Below, in pieces: positions 63,913 through 64,000 of a DNA stretch of 64,000 nt. The translations under genes and the position numbers were made by a program. Under the pieces are notes generated by a model. It saw only the letters and a program-made list of their open reading frames with translations. It was not told the origin of the DNA and made no database searches. Position 1 is the first letter of the stretch; every line of letters begins with the position of its first letter. The stretch is from an uncultured Gemmatimonadales bacterium (GTDB lineage: Bacteria > Gemmatimonadota > Gemmatimonadetes > Longimicrobiales > Gaopeijiaceae), in NCBI GenBank assembly GCA_963823035.1, contig CAWGKG010000007.1, positions 128,001-192,000 on the forward strand, given 5' to 3'.

Positions 63913-64000
63913 ATGGCCAAGAACCAACGACAGAACGCACCGCGGGACCGCAAGCAGCCGCTCAAGTTCCCGAAGCCGCCGTGCACGCCCGAGCCGCCTC
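63913..64000 (+). CDS. Hypothetical protein, 5' part only
   Basis: GAGGAG RBS before ATG 63913; MAKNQRQNAPRDRKQPLKFPKPPCTPEPP open to the window end. Confidence 0.5.
   Translation, partial: MAKNQRQNAPRDRKQPLKFPKPPCTPEPP

Overview
GC-rich (roughly 70%) bacterial chromosomal window, most consistent with Gemmatimonadota (inferred from gene content such as the GWxTD-like protein, not from a marker gene). It is mostly housekeeping genes on the minus strand: nuoA-J, dcd, two FKBP lipoproteins, an amidohydrolase, an acyl-CoA dehydrogenase, mdh-sdhCAB, moaDEA, an ECF sigma/anti-sigma/Spy-like trio, HU, carA, rnhA, lipB, a 2-oxoacid dehydrogenase E1a/E1b/E2 cluster, secG-tpiA-pgk, gap, and a long yicC-gmk-rpoZ-coaBC-udg-dnaB-ispD-tsaC-ptp-aroE-comF string. 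The right end holds pepA, SDR, mmuM, a hybrid kinase, a YbdK-like ligase, an ImuB-like/DUF6504-like/recX cassette and a TetR-led LolA-like/ABC/outer-membrane operon. About 15 conserved genes carry single-base frameshifts, most likely long-read assembly errors. No rRNA, tRNA, CRISPR array or transposase was seen. The most interesting unexplained signals are: (1) a ~380-nt, densely hairpinned, GGA-rich candidate ncRNA with its own promoter and terminator between lipB and rnhA; (2) the region upstream of a split, DnaE2-less ImuB/RecX cassette, containing four helically phased TTCGG repeats over the promoter, a four-way-junction RNA closed by a perfect 15-bp stem, and an outer 13-bp inverted repeat; (3) an ECF sigma factor paired with a 943-aa anti-sigma-TM-TonB-TPR-GWxTD fusion inserted between gap and pgk. 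All structure and promoter calls were made by eye and need computational confirmation.
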